The position numbers and the translations under genes were made by a program. From an uncultured Planctomycetaceae bacterium (lineage in GTDB: Bacteria > Planctomycetota > Planctomycetia > Planctomycetales > Planctomycetaceae), in assembly GCA_963976765.1 (NCBI GenBank), contig CAXBME010000016.1, positions 1-64,000 of the forward strand: DNA of 64,000 bases. Direction: 5' to 3'. Positions 1 to 9,022 of this stretch are shown here, piece by piece. Position 1 is the stretch's first letter. The number at the start of each line of letters is the position of its first letter. The notes beneath the pieces were generated by a model that made no database searches, was not told the DNA's origin, and was given only the letters and a program-made list of their open reading frames with translations.

Positions 1-266
1 TCTGGAGCTTCGCTGCCGTCATCAACCTTCTGAAGTGATTGTCAACACGACCTAGAGACCAACCGAAAGTCACAAGAATTTCGCCAGAATGGTGTTTCTG
101 AAATCGCACTCAGAAACGCTGACGTATCTGTGGATCGAAACCGGCCTAATAGAGTCCAACGGCGTTTCTCCACACCACGAACCGACATCGGCGCGATTTT
201 CGTGAGCTAAATCCTCACCTGCCTGCGACGGCTGTCTCCCGTTTTCGGGAGCAGCGTCATCTGAAC

Positions 267-295
267 TTGCGACCTTGCACACTCAGAGCTAGATT
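267..295 (+). promoter_or_regulatory. Putative sigma70 promoter of tRNA-Thr
   Basis: TTGCGA (267-272), 17-nt spacer, TAGATT (290-295), ending 12 nt before the tRNA 5' end. Confidence 0.6.
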
Positions 296-307
296 CCGCC
301 CCACAAA

Positions 308-380
308 GCCGCCGTAGCTCAGTTGGCAGAGCGACGCTTTCGTAAAGCGTAGGTCATGAGTTCAAGTCTCATCGGCGGCT
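308..380 (+). tRNA. tRNA-Thr(CGT), integration target
   Basis: GCCGCCG/CGGCGGC acceptor stem, D arm TAGCTCAGTTGGCAGAGC, anticodon arm ACGCT-TTCGTAA-AGCGT, T arm with GTTCAAGTC; CCA not encoded. Confidence 0.96.
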
Positions 381-2013
381 CTTTTTTATGCGCTGACGTA
401 AATCGCGTAACCACTTGCTCAGACTTTGAGTTACGACGACGATTGCCACCTGACGCCGAATCAGCTTCATGATCGTCTGTGAGGCATGACAACTCCTGAT
501 AATCCCCGAGATCGCTTGTCTGAGCAGCAACCAAAGCGGCAACCACAGAATCTGTGCCTGTTGCTCGCTGCTGTTTCGGAGACGACGGCGACGGAAAAGT
601 CGGGAGCCGTTCGACCGCCGCAGCCATATCCGGCATGTCGACGTGCGTGTAGATATTCATTGTCAGGTTGATGTCACTGTGCCGCATGAGTTCCTGTGCC
701 AGCTTCGGTGAAACGCCGGCCTTTGCCAGATTCGTCCCGAACGTGTGCCGTAGACTGTGGAAGTCGAAAAACCGGCCTTCTTCGTCCTGATAGGCAATCC
801 CGGCTGCCTCAAGGTCGCTTCTTAGCATCACAGATGCTTTTTCAGGCCACGCCCCCGGCCAGAGATACTTCTTGTCGCCGATCCGGATTGAGTCGGCATT
901 ACGACGCGTTAGCAGCTCGTCGAAGTATCCACGGAGCAGCTCGGCCAGATCAGAACGTAATGGCAGCTTCTCATCCTTGCCTCGTTTTGAGTAGGCGGCT
1001 GCCAGGGAAACATTCGGAACAGGCGCGTCGAGATCGAAGCTGCCGATTTTCAGCTTTGAGAGTTCGCTCGCCCGTAATCCCGTACTGACCGCACACAAAT
1101 ACAGAACAGCTCTGTCCGTGCCGCTCAAGCCCCGGATGGTGTCATTATGCAGCGTCGCTTTGAGAAGCATTTCAAAGTCGCGATCCGATGCTGGCCGTCG
1201 AACATGTTTGCGGTTGAGGTCTTCTCCCACATTCAATTTCTCAAGATGCTTGAACGGGGTTTCCATCATCCGCTTGTTTGTAACGAGCCAGTTGGCGAAC
1301 ACTTTGATTGCCATCAGATAGTCATTGCTCGCGTAAAAGCTGATTCCTGCCGCATCGGGGATCGGGCATTGGCGAGAAAGCTGGCACTTGAACTGGGTTT
1401 GAAGCCAGCTTCGGATAGAAGACCAGTCCCACTTCGCCGGCGAACCCTGCCTGGCTTGAATGCTGGATTCTGGGAGTCCGAGCCGCTTCAGAGTAGCCAC
1501 AGAAGGTTTCGGTTGCCCGGTGTCAGCCACGATCTCCGCAGCCTGCTTGAGACTGATCTGAGATACTGGCACCGGTTTTCGTCGTTGCAACAGGTACGCC
1601 TCTACCTTGCTGGCATCGAAGTCTGATATCAAACTGAAACCGCATTCGTCGATAATCTTTTTGATGTAGCTTGTCTGTTTCGAAATGTACTTTTCGCTTT
1701 TGTTTCTGGCTTCCAGACCCGTCTGATAATCATTGAGGTGCTCAACCAATGGAGTATCGCGATGTTTCGCGTATGGGTCGGAAACGTTAGCTCTTTCTCG
1801 TTTCAGGATGCCAGCGAGCTTCTCCTGGGCATCGTCCTTGTCATCGGTACTGAGCGATTCCGATCGTTTCTTACCGGTTCTGGAACAGGTCCATTCTGCT
1901 CGATAGGTCTTTGACCGTTGCTTCTTCCGCCTCGCTCCCGGAGTTTCCCGAGTTACACGTTTGCCATCGCTATCGACGTAACGAATAGAAACAGGTCGGT
2001 AGATTCTTGCCAT
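319..2013 (-). CDS. int: Tyrosine recombinase/integrase; reading frame runs through attL antisense to the tRNA
   Basis: Catalytic motifs TGLRASE (R), SKRGK (K), FHSLRHT (HxxR), LMRHS (H), IYTH (Y). Confidence 0.95.
   Translation of the reverse strand: MARIYRPVSIRYVDSDGKRVTRETPGARRKKQRSKTYRAEWTCSRTGKKRSESLSTDDKDDAQEKLAGILKRERANVSDPYAKHRDTPLVEHLNDYQTGLEARNKSEKYISKQTSYIKKIIDECGFSLISDFDASKVEAYLLQRRKPVPVSQISLKQAAEIVADTGQPKPSVATLKRLGLPESSIQARQGSPAKWDWSSIRSWLQTQFKCQLSRQCPIPDAAGISFYASNDYLMAIKVFANWLVTNKRMMETPFKHLEKLNVGEDLNRKHVRRPASDRDFEMLLKATLHNDTIRGLSGTDRAVLYLCAVSTGLRASELSKLKIGSFDLDAPVPNVSLAAAYSKRGKDEKLPLRSDLAELLRGYFDELLTRRNADSIRIGDKKYLWPGAWPEKASVMLRSDLEAAGIAYQDEEGRFFDFHSLRHTFGTNLAKAGVSPKLAQELMRHSDINLTMNIYTHVDMPDMAAAVERLPTFPSPSSPKQQRATGTDSVVAALVAAQTSDLGDYQELSCLTDDHEADSASGGNRRRNSKSEQVVTRFTSAHKKEPPMRLELMTYALRKRRSAN
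331..388 (+). repeat. attL: 58-bp direct repeat (tRNA-Thr 3' part plus CTTTTTTA)
   Basis: Identical to 14601-14658. Confidence 0.95.
527..552. repeat. Putative integrase arm-type sites, left arm
   Basis: GCAACCA at 527 and 539 (12-bp period) followed by CAGAATC; same arrangement at 14530-14555. Confidence 0.6.
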
Positions 2014-2120
2014 CAGAAGTTCCTTTCTGAGAACGCAGGCTTTGCTCCTGGCGTTCCTTTGCGGACTTGTCGACCTTCCTTGTCGATGTAGCGGGTAACT
2101 GTCGGTCGATACAGCGTCAT
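2013..2120 (-). CDS. 35-aa micro-ORF homologous to the integrase N-terminus
   Basis: MTLYRPTVTRYIDKEGRQVRKGTPGAKPAFSERNF* aligns with int MARIYRPVSIRYVDSDGKRVTRETPGA; its stop overlaps the int start (TGATG). Confidence 0.6.
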   Translation of the reverse strand: MTLYRPTVTRYIDKEGRQVRKGTPGAKPAFSERNF

Positions 2121-2388
2121 GATCAGTTCTTTCGATAGAACGGACGACTCAGAGAGAATCAACACAGCAGAACGCCGAGTCTACTTCTCGGAGGATGAAA
2201 ATTCTGGTCCAAGTCAGATTTCAGGTGAACGTCGTTTTGTGACGCTTGATAAACGCAGACAAATCAATCGAGATCGCTGAGGGAATCTGACCAACCTTGC
2301 CGTGAAGCTGGATTGTCGTCTTGCTCAAGTTGAGATGTGTCACAAGGTATGCGGAATCTCAGCAGCGCGCAATTGCTATCAGGCGTTA

Positions 2389-2781
2389 TCAGGACGCTTC
2401 GAGCGGTCCGTCCAGGATTGTAATTCGGACGCATTGCCCCGGAGGACGTTGCACGCTGACGAGACCAGCCGACTCCAGAGAACGTAAGGCAGCCGTCACG
2501 GATCGATCTTTCAGGCTGAATTTGCCCTTCAATTTAGCAGTCAGTCGCAGGTCGTTCCTGGTGCCTTCAAGTCCTGCCTGAAACCACAGGCTGAGTCCGA
2601 GTGGCAGAGCTGTTCTTCCTGGGATCTGCATTGCTTTCTGAAACCAGGGAAGCGGTAGCGGCCCCATGATGAATGGCACCTTCTGCTTCCTCTTTGCGGG
2701 TTTGCAGACAGCTTTAGTTTTCGTTGTTGCTTCCTGGGAAGCTTCTGGCTGTAGTCGAATCGAATCCAAATCGAAGTCCAT
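2389..2781 (-). CDS. Winged-helix DNA-binding protein of the replication module
   Basis: C-terminal wHTH pattern SVTAALRSLESAGLVSVQRPPGQCVRITI; directly downstream of the polymerase. Confidence 0.7.
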   Translation of the reverse strand: MDFDLDSIRLQPEASQEATTKTKAVCKPAKRKQKVPFIMGPLPLPWFQKAMQIPGRTALPLGLSLWFQAGLEGTRNDLRLTAKLKGKFSLKDRSVTAALRSLESAGLVSVQRPPGQCVRITILDGPLEAS

Positions 2782-2824
2782 ATTCTCTCTTCCTTATCTA
2801 CTCTCTAAGAGACTACTTATAAGA

Positions 2825-4642
2825 CTAGGCGGGGTAGCAGCCTGTTGCCGAGGTGGTCAGCAGTGGCTTGCTGGGGTCTGTAGCAAATTCGGGAGCCTGA
2901 GAGGCTTCCAGTTCTTGGAGAATCGAGGTCACCGTTTGCCACATCGAAACGCCACGTTCATCGACGTAGCGATCAGGCCAGCGAACGATCCTGGCTTCAG
3001 CTCGCAGACTGAACCCAAACAGAACCCGTTCTGATTCCGTACGCATCACTGATTGCATTTCCCGTACTGCTTCGTCGATATCATCTACAGCGGCTTCAAT
3101 CAGAACGGCATCGTGAACCGGGGCACAGACCAGGATTCCACACTCCGTCGCCCGCCAGCAAGCGAGTCGCAGCATCTCAGCTCCGTTCGCCTGACACGGG
3201 AAGTTTGCCAGACTGCGGGGATTCGCATCCGAACCCGCTGCAATCTGCCAGCCAAACACAGTTTGCAGATTCCCATGCAACATCGCTTGATCAACAGCAG
3301 CTTCTGACCATTGCCAGAATTCCGGGTACGTCTGACGATGCAGTCGCAGCAATTCACGAGCAACGACAGGCGGTTCTCCTAATGCCTGAGCCAGCGAGAC
3401 TTCTCCCATCCCGTACTGCACAGCCAGGGCACAGACTTTGAACTGCTCACGTTCTTTCGGATGACTCTTCTTTGTGGCATCCGAAGGAACTGCTCCGGCC
3501 TGTTTGGCGAAAGTCAGGTACGGGTCACCGCTCGAATAGGCTTCCATCATGTTCCGGTCACGTGACAGAGCCGCAGCGATGCCGAATTCCTGCTGACACC
3601 AGTCAACGTAAGCGACAGCCCGGCCCGGTTGCGGCTTGATCAGACTCCGCATCCAGCAGGACGGTCCGAAGATGAACCGGGAAGTGCTCGGCTGGTTCCG
3701 ACCTGTCTTCGAACTGAATGCTGACAAGTTGCAGCGATTCCGCCCGTCTGTCCCGACAGCAAGGTCATTCAACCGGAGTTGTCCCATTGCATGACGCAGT
3801 TCCCGAATTGGCCCGACCTGCTCCGGATAGAGCTTCGCCATGTTGCTGAATGTGTCATCATCCAAAGCCAACGCTCCAGTTGGCAGTTGTGGCCAGTGAA
3901 TGCCATTCTCAACAAGGTAAGCAGCCCAGCGGTCCACATTGAACGAGCCATTCTCGTAAACGCCGTAATCAGCATCGACTCGACTGATCAACTCTGCCTT
4001 GATCGCTTCCCAGTGCTTGCGTAACAGCGAGAGAGTCGGCATGTCGATCGGAGCGCCGTTCCACTCCATGCGAGCCACAGCGGCCATGTAGCGGCCTCTC
4101 CACAAGGCCCGCGAGAGATCAACCGAAGGCAGCATCTCCCGCAGCAGACCAGTCATAGCGTCCACATGCGACTGGCAGTAATCGAGCAGCGCGAGTTGCT
4201 CAGATTCCGAGTACGGTCCGCCTCGCCTTGCGAGTTCCTGCATGGATAGGTTTGGCGCTGCGTCCATCGCTGACAAACCAAAGTAAGCCCGTGCTCCCAT
4301 CAACCCATTGCCGCAATGAGTTTCTTTTCCGTTCGTGAGATTTCGGAACTCGACGAATAAGTCGAGAATTCGCTCCGGCAGCGACCAGTTCAAAGCGAGG
4401 TGGCAACCTAATTCTTCCGACGCATTGAACGCCACAAACAGCGTCTGTGATCCTACACCGAACGGCAGTCCGTCCGGTCCGTTCAATTCATGATTTCCGT
4501 CGATCCATACCCGCAGCAGGCGGTCTGAGAACAGCTCTCGCGCCACTAGGCAGAGCGGAACAGGCCGCTCGCCCAGTGGTGCTGAGAACTCGAACTCGAC
4601 CAGCCAGACCGCAGAGAATCTCTCTTGCAGTCTGTCAGGCAT
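2825..4642 (-). CDS. Family A DNA polymerase (3'-5' exonuclease-like domain plus polymerase domain, no 5' nuclease)
   Basis: KTGRNQPS, motif A YVDWCQQEFGIAA, motif B REQFKVCALAVQYGMG, NFPCQANGAE, motif C PVHDAVLIE. Confidence 0.93.
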   Translation of the reverse strand: MPDRLQERFSAVWLVEFEFSAPLGERPVPLCLVARELFSDRLLRVWIDGNHELNGPDGLPFGVGSQTLFVAFNASEELGCHLALNWSLPERILDLFVEFRNLTNGKETHCGNGLMGARAYFGLSAMDAAPNLSMQELARRGGPYSESEQLALLDYCQSHVDAMTGLLREMLPSVDLSRALWRGRYMAAVARMEWNGAPIDMPTLSLLRKHWEAIKAELISRVDADYGVYENGSFNVDRWAAYLVENGIHWPQLPTGALALDDDTFSNMAKLYPEQVGPIRELRHAMGQLRLNDLAVGTDGRNRCNLSAFSSKTGRNQPSTSRFIFGPSCWMRSLIKPQPGRAVAYVDWCQQEFGIAAALSRDRNMMEAYSSGDPYLTFAKQAGAVPSDATKKSHPKEREQFKVCALAVQYGMGEVSLAQALGEPPVVARELLRLHRQTYPEFWQWSEAAVDQAMLHGNLQTVFGWQIAAGSDANPRSLANFPCQANGAEMLRLACWRATECGILVCAPVHDAVLIEAAVDDIDEAVREMQSVMRTESERVLFGFSLRAEARIVRWPDRYVDERGVSMWQTVTSILQELEASQAPEFATDPSKPLLTTSATGCYPA

Positions 4643-5283
4643 CAGATCTCCCCTCGCAGTCGTCGCAGTACGGGGTGATTGATACTACTGATAATTCGAC
4701 CCTTGAACGCCAGCCCGATGAGATCCTTCAGCGACAAATCGACCGGCCAGTCAGGTTCCGGAATCGCTGCCGGAGCCACGTGCGTCGAGTAGTTGCCCGC
4801 GTTCAGGTTTGACGTGACTTTAAGCCACTGCTTCTCAGCCAGTTCAGCAGCAACAGCGGCAGATTCATGCCATCGATTCCAATGTCCATCCGAACGCGGC
4901 AGCCCAATTGGCCACACAAACGGCGCCGGGGAATTTCGGCTGATGCACGTCCTCAAACAGGTTGGTTTGACATCACTCCGCAACTCGTCGCAGAGCTGAG
5001 GGGTAACAATGAAGATTTCTTTAGTGGCTGCGTCCGTGAAGCAAGCCGTTTCAATTCGCCACTCATTACCCGGACGAACCCGGATGAACTCCTGCCGATT
5101 TGGTTTTCTAACGGCGATGGTCGACAGCATTGGCTTCACGCCGTTATCGGCTACGAAGTCCTGCGACAGCCGCAGCGAATCCAGGTCATCAAATGGATCA
5201 CTCTTGCCTGATGCCCGATCCTTCGGAGCATCGTCAGATTTCCCGAATTCTCGATTCGGGCTGTGATTTTCTCGTTCAAACAT
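4642..5283 (-). CDS. Polymerase-associated protein, possibly SSB-like; ORF track extends the start to 5355
   Basis: Stop overlaps the polymerase start; DPFDDLDSLRLSQDF, VRKPNRQEFIRV, WHESA, AEKQW motifs; SSB function is inference only. Confidence 0.6.
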   Translation of the reverse strand: MFERENHSPNREFGKSDDAPKDRASGKSDPFDDLDSLRLSQDFVADNGVKPMLSTIAVRKPNRQEFIRVRPGNEWRIETACFTDAATKEIFIVTPQLCDELRSDVKPTCLRTCISRNSPAPFVWPIGLPRSDGHWNRWHESAAVAAELAEKQWLKVTSNLNAGNYSTHVAPAAIPEPDWPVDLSLKDLIGLAFKGRIISSINHPVLRRLRGEI

Positions 5284-5455
5284 CTTACTATGCCTTGTAG
5301 TTACTAAGACGGAGTTGCTTCGGAATTGGTCGCCTGGCAGGGCGGCCATTTCCATTGATGCCCCCGGACTCCAGTCCGGACTGCATCGAGATCACTCAAT
5401 CGCTGACGTTGCATTCCTTTGCCTGAGATGCCTCATCCTGAAGCAAGTAGCGGTT

Positions 5456-5686
5456 CTACTCCGCTACAGGTCCACAGCCCGCTTCCAGCCAGTCAAGGAT
5501 CCCCGTCCTGGGGTTTCCCGTACGCATCCGCCAGCGAACGGTGCGGCCAATCTTGACGGAACTCGGGATGAGTCCCGCATCACAATGCCGCCAAATCGTC
5601 GGCTTACTCAGTCCTGTCAGATCGGCCACATATTCGACGCCGACCAGACGTTGCTCATCAGGAACACCTGACGTTCTGCTAACCAT
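5456..5686 (-). CDS. AlpA/excisionase-like HTH regulator
   Basis: LVGVEYVADLTGLSKPTIWRHCDAGLIPSSVKIGRTVRW. Confidence 0.85.
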   Translation of the reverse strand: MVSRTSGVPDEQRLVGVEYVADLTGLSKPTIWRHCDAGLIPSSVKIGRTVRWRMRTGNPRTGILDWLEAGCGPVAE

Positions 5687-6175
5687 TTACTTTTTCCTTA
5701 GATCACTCGTCCGTGAACCAGTCGGTGATACGCGCCGACCAGTTAGCTCCGCTCGCTGAAGCAACCCAGAAAGGCATATCGCGACTCTGAGTGGCCGGAA
5801 TTCAGCCCTCGACAACAACGTGCCGGATAGAGGCTCTGGCCAGCGGAGGCCCACGGTTGCGTTGTGGCATTAGCCCGCAAACCGGAGCCCTGTTTCGGCA
5901 TGGGGTTTCGGAACGCTCTCCAAGTCGTGTGCTCCAACACGAGTTCTGGACGCAATTCACATATTCACCGACAGCCCAGACGGATCGGTGGTCCCGCTTT
6001 CGGGCGACAAGGAACAGAGACTCGCCGTAGCAACCAGGCTCTGGCATGAAATGATCCGGGAAGATCAGATCAGCAAGTCGCCATCGGCACAGAGTGCTTA
6101 TCGTTGCCGTTCGGTAGAATCTGTTGACTGTGCTCATGCCGGTAATTCTAAAATCACCTACAGAGCAACATGAGT

Positions 6176-6243
6176 CCGGTTCGGGTACCTAGTTAGGTCG
6201 ACCAGTACCGGTTTGGGTACCGGTTTGGGTTCTGGTTTGGACC
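6176..6243. repeat. 12-bp iteron/operator-like repeats, consensus CCGGTTTGGGTA
   Basis: Copies at 6176, 6208, 6220 and 6232 (last one degenerate). Confidence 0.7.
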
Positions 6244-7232
6244 ACGGACGGTGGCGGGGCATCCGGTCGAAAATAACCGATCTTGGAATCGAGTTGGATT
6301 AGACCAGCATCGCGTAGTTCCTGAAGTGGCTTGGTCTGATTGCTCCGCAATTTATACAGCCTATTTTTTTCGACCCCACACTTGTCGGCCAGCGCTTGAA
6401 CTCGCATCGATTTTCCATTGAGCACTTCAAGAATTTGCTGCTGTAAAGGATCCAAGGTTAGACCACATGCAGCGTCTGTCGATTTATTTCCAGAAGACAC
6501 TGTCACTGGATTCATCAGTTGTTCGGTGTCGAATTTCGGTACGTCCTCTCGCATCGCCGCTGGTGCTAGGCAAATCAATTCAGCTGGAATTGTGAAGTTA
6601 TTGCGGAGCATCCAATCGACAGCCTTCACATCTGAAATCGTTTGAATCGTCGAATACAGTTGATAATTCTTAAAATGCGAATGGATCGACCCTAGCGTCC
6701 ATGTTCCATCTGGATGACGAAATAAAATCGACTCGATGATTTCCGGCGACATCGCGTCGAAGGCACAGTCTTCAATCTTCTGCAAAGACGTCCGAACTGG
6801 AAGCCGTTCCGAAGTCCAATTCGTCCAATACTGGCACTTGGATCTATTAAAGAACCGAATTTGGCCCGTGTCCAAATCGAAGACTTCAGTTGGGGCCGAG
6901 TACGTTTCCAGTGCACGTAGAGCATCGCATTCGGGTGGTGTCTCGCCTCGGGCCAAGAGCAATTGTATTGCTACAGGCTCGCTCAGGACTTCACTACCTC
7001 TTATGTCAAAGAAATCCCAGTGTACCCAACATCCGTCCGGCAGCCATGACAGTACATTCGCATTCTCAGAACGTTCACTGTAGTCAATCCAATGCTCTCG
7101 TGCTTCTGCGAGCGCGAATGACTGCTCAGCGCCGGATCGGTCGACAAATCTAATCGGTTTGTCCCCATTTTCACCAAAGTGATCGGGTAGACACACACGA
7201 AATTCGTCAAATTCGTCATCCAGCATTGCCAA
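6189..7232 (-). CDS. Hypothetical protein with C-terminal wHTH, putative element regulator
   Basis: 347-aa ORF; C-terminus LDPLQQQILEVLNGKSMRVQALADKCGVEKNRLY...LQELRDAGLI. Confidence 0.7.
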   Translation of the reverse strand: MAMLDDEFDEFRVCLPDHFGENGDKPIRFVDRSGAEQSFALAEAREHWIDYSERSENANVLSWLPDGCWVHWDFFDIRGSEVLSEPVAIQLLLARGETPPECDALRALETYSAPTEVFDLDTGQIRFFNRSKCQYWTNWTSERLPVRTSLQKIEDCAFDAMSPEIIESILFRHPDGTWTLGSIHSHFKNYQLYSTIQTISDVKAVDWMLRNNFTIPAELICLAPAAMREDVPKFDTEQLMNPVTVSSGNKSTDAACGLTLDPLQQQILEVLNGKSMRVQALADKCGVEKNRLYKLRSNQTKPLQELRDAGLIQLDSKIGYFRPDAPPPSVVQTRTQTGTQTGTGRPN

Positions 7233-7546
7233 TCTGTTTCTTCAATAGTGAGCTATGCGTCAGGCCCATTTTCTCGAACAAAACAGTTCATGCTGTCTTG
7301 TCGTCCATCCGAACTCCACAAGCTACGTTTCATCGTCACTGACCGGTTCGGATTCGTCGAGCCGCAGTACATCGTAGAGGGCGTCTGTGTCACGCTACGT
7401 CGAAGCGGCGAGCGCCAGCCGTGCTCAAGTCGATTTATGGAAGTACCAGCTTTGGGATGTGCTTGTTTGTCGTGCATATGGCTACGCGAAACCCTAAATC
7501 ATTTTCCCGAGAGTCCGGAGTCGCCTTGGTGCGTTTTAGATCAAGG

Positions 7547-9022
7547 TTACACATCAATTCTTTGCCACTTCGCTGATAAGTTAACCCCTGTCTTCTGAAG
7601 CGCCTTAACGCCGCTTTTTGTAATGCGGTTTTGGTCCAGAATTAGGCTTTCAAGACTACTGAGGTCAGTTGTTGCCAAAAGTTCTGCACCATCGTCGGTA
7701 ATCTCTCCGTACGTCAGATTGAGCGACTTCAGCTGCCGTAGTCTTCCTGACTCGATCAATTCCACGATTCCATTGTCGCCAAAATCACTATCGTATAACG
7801 ATAGATTTGCAAGCGATCCCAAGTATTGCGAACGGCAGATCGCTTTCAAATCATCAAGATGAATGCTCGGAATTTCCTCTTGCCAACCGGGCTCTTCGTC
7901 CCATCGGTCTTCATCGGATGCAAACAGACTGACAGAATCAAGATGCGTGAGCGAACTGTTGCTCGCAAGAATTCGAATTGGGAATTCTCCCAGACGGCTT
8001 TCCACTTCCGTCTTCGCGGTGAGGCATTTCAGGTGAGGCATCTTCAGCCTGAAAATGTCAGTGTGGTTTAAGTTTTCGGTGAAAAGTATTAGCGATTCTA
8101 ATCGCGGCATGTGCTTTATGAGACCGGAAAGGTTCTCTGCTCGCATGCGTGAGGGAGGACACCCGTCGGGCGCCGTGGGGATAGCTAATCCAGTTTCCGG
8201 GTCAATCTCGTCCGGTTCAAGGTCGTCCGGGAAAATGTCGTCCGGGTCCACGTCGTCCGGGTCAACGTCAGCCTGCTCACTGCGATACATATCATGTGGA
8301 TACATGATGCGAAGTGGTGGCGAGTCTGTATAAGTATCGGAAACTGTTACATCTTCGACTGCAAAGTGACGTAGATTTTCGAATTCGACACCTTGGAGCA
8401 TTGCAAAGATGGCGTTGGCGTCGCCGTTCCATTTGTGCCCAGCGTCGAACTTGGTTAGATCATTCAACTCTTCGAAGTCTTCTCGATCAGGTACGCCATT
8501 TACGATCAAGTGCCGGAGCATGCCGACGTGCGGTAAATGCTTAAGAATGTAAGCAATGCGCGGCGTTAAAAGTTCCACTTCCAGAGTGTCAATAAATCCA
8601 CGACGCCAGTCTACTGTGCACCCGTTGCCAGTTACACGGAATCCTGATGGCGTCTGGAAGGCGTCAAAATCTGGATCGTCGCCTTCGAGAAGCAGCACCG
8701 TTAATCCATCCTGCCCGTCTCGAAGATGCTCAATAAATTCCAAAAATTTCTGCTCTTCTAACTCCTCTGACTCAGCCGGAGATAAAGACTTGTCTATGCG
8801 GCGAAGTTGAACGTTCATAAACGCACCTCGGGGGTCGCCACTTTTCTCCAGCCAGGCTGCAAAGTTTGTATAGCGGCTAAGGTCGTCCGGACTCTCACGA
8901 ATCGCGTTCAGGAACTGTTGCTGGTCCGTTAGATACGCCTCACCTGTTTGTGTGTCTTTTTGAAGGGCGTCTGCAGTATTTGCGCCAGTACGTGCAGCTC
9001 GATCGTTACCGTGTTCGGGCAT
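7547..9022 (-). CDS. TIGR02996 repeat-companion domain protein with leucine-rich repeats
   Basis: FLNAIRESPDDLSRYTNFAAWLEKSGDPRGAFMNVQL, WRRGFID, LRRs LKSLNLTYGEITDDGA and LESLILDQNRITKSG; acidic DVDPD repeats. Confidence 0.88.
   Translation of the reverse strand: MPEHGNDRAARTGANTADALQKDTQTGEAYLTDQQQFLNAIRESPDDLSRYTNFAAWLEKSGDPRGAFMNVQLRRIDKSLSPAESEELEEQKFLEFIEHLRDGQDGLTVLLLEGDDPDFDAFQTPSGFRVTGNGCTVDWRRGFIDTLEVELLTPRIAYILKHLPHVGMLRHLIVNGVPDREDFEELNDLTKFDAGHKWNGDANAIFAMLQGVEFENLRHFAVEDVTVSDTYTDSPPLRIMYPHDMYRSEQADVDPDDVDPDDIFPDDLEPDEIDPETGLAIPTAPDGCPPSRMRAENLSGLIKHMPRLESLILFTENLNHTDIFRLKMPHLKCLTAKTEVESRLGEFPIRILASNSSLTHLDSVSLFASDEDRWDEEPGWQEEIPSIHLDDLKAICRSQYLGSLANLSLYDSDFGDNGIVELIESGRLRQLKSLNLTYGEITDDGAELLATTDLSSLESLILDQNRITKSGVKALQKTGVNLSAKWQRIDV

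Noticed and set aside
5690..6170. Ash-like gene or regulatory RNA upstream of alpA
   Set aside because: Several short ORFs and GC-rich stretches, but no motif I can recognise
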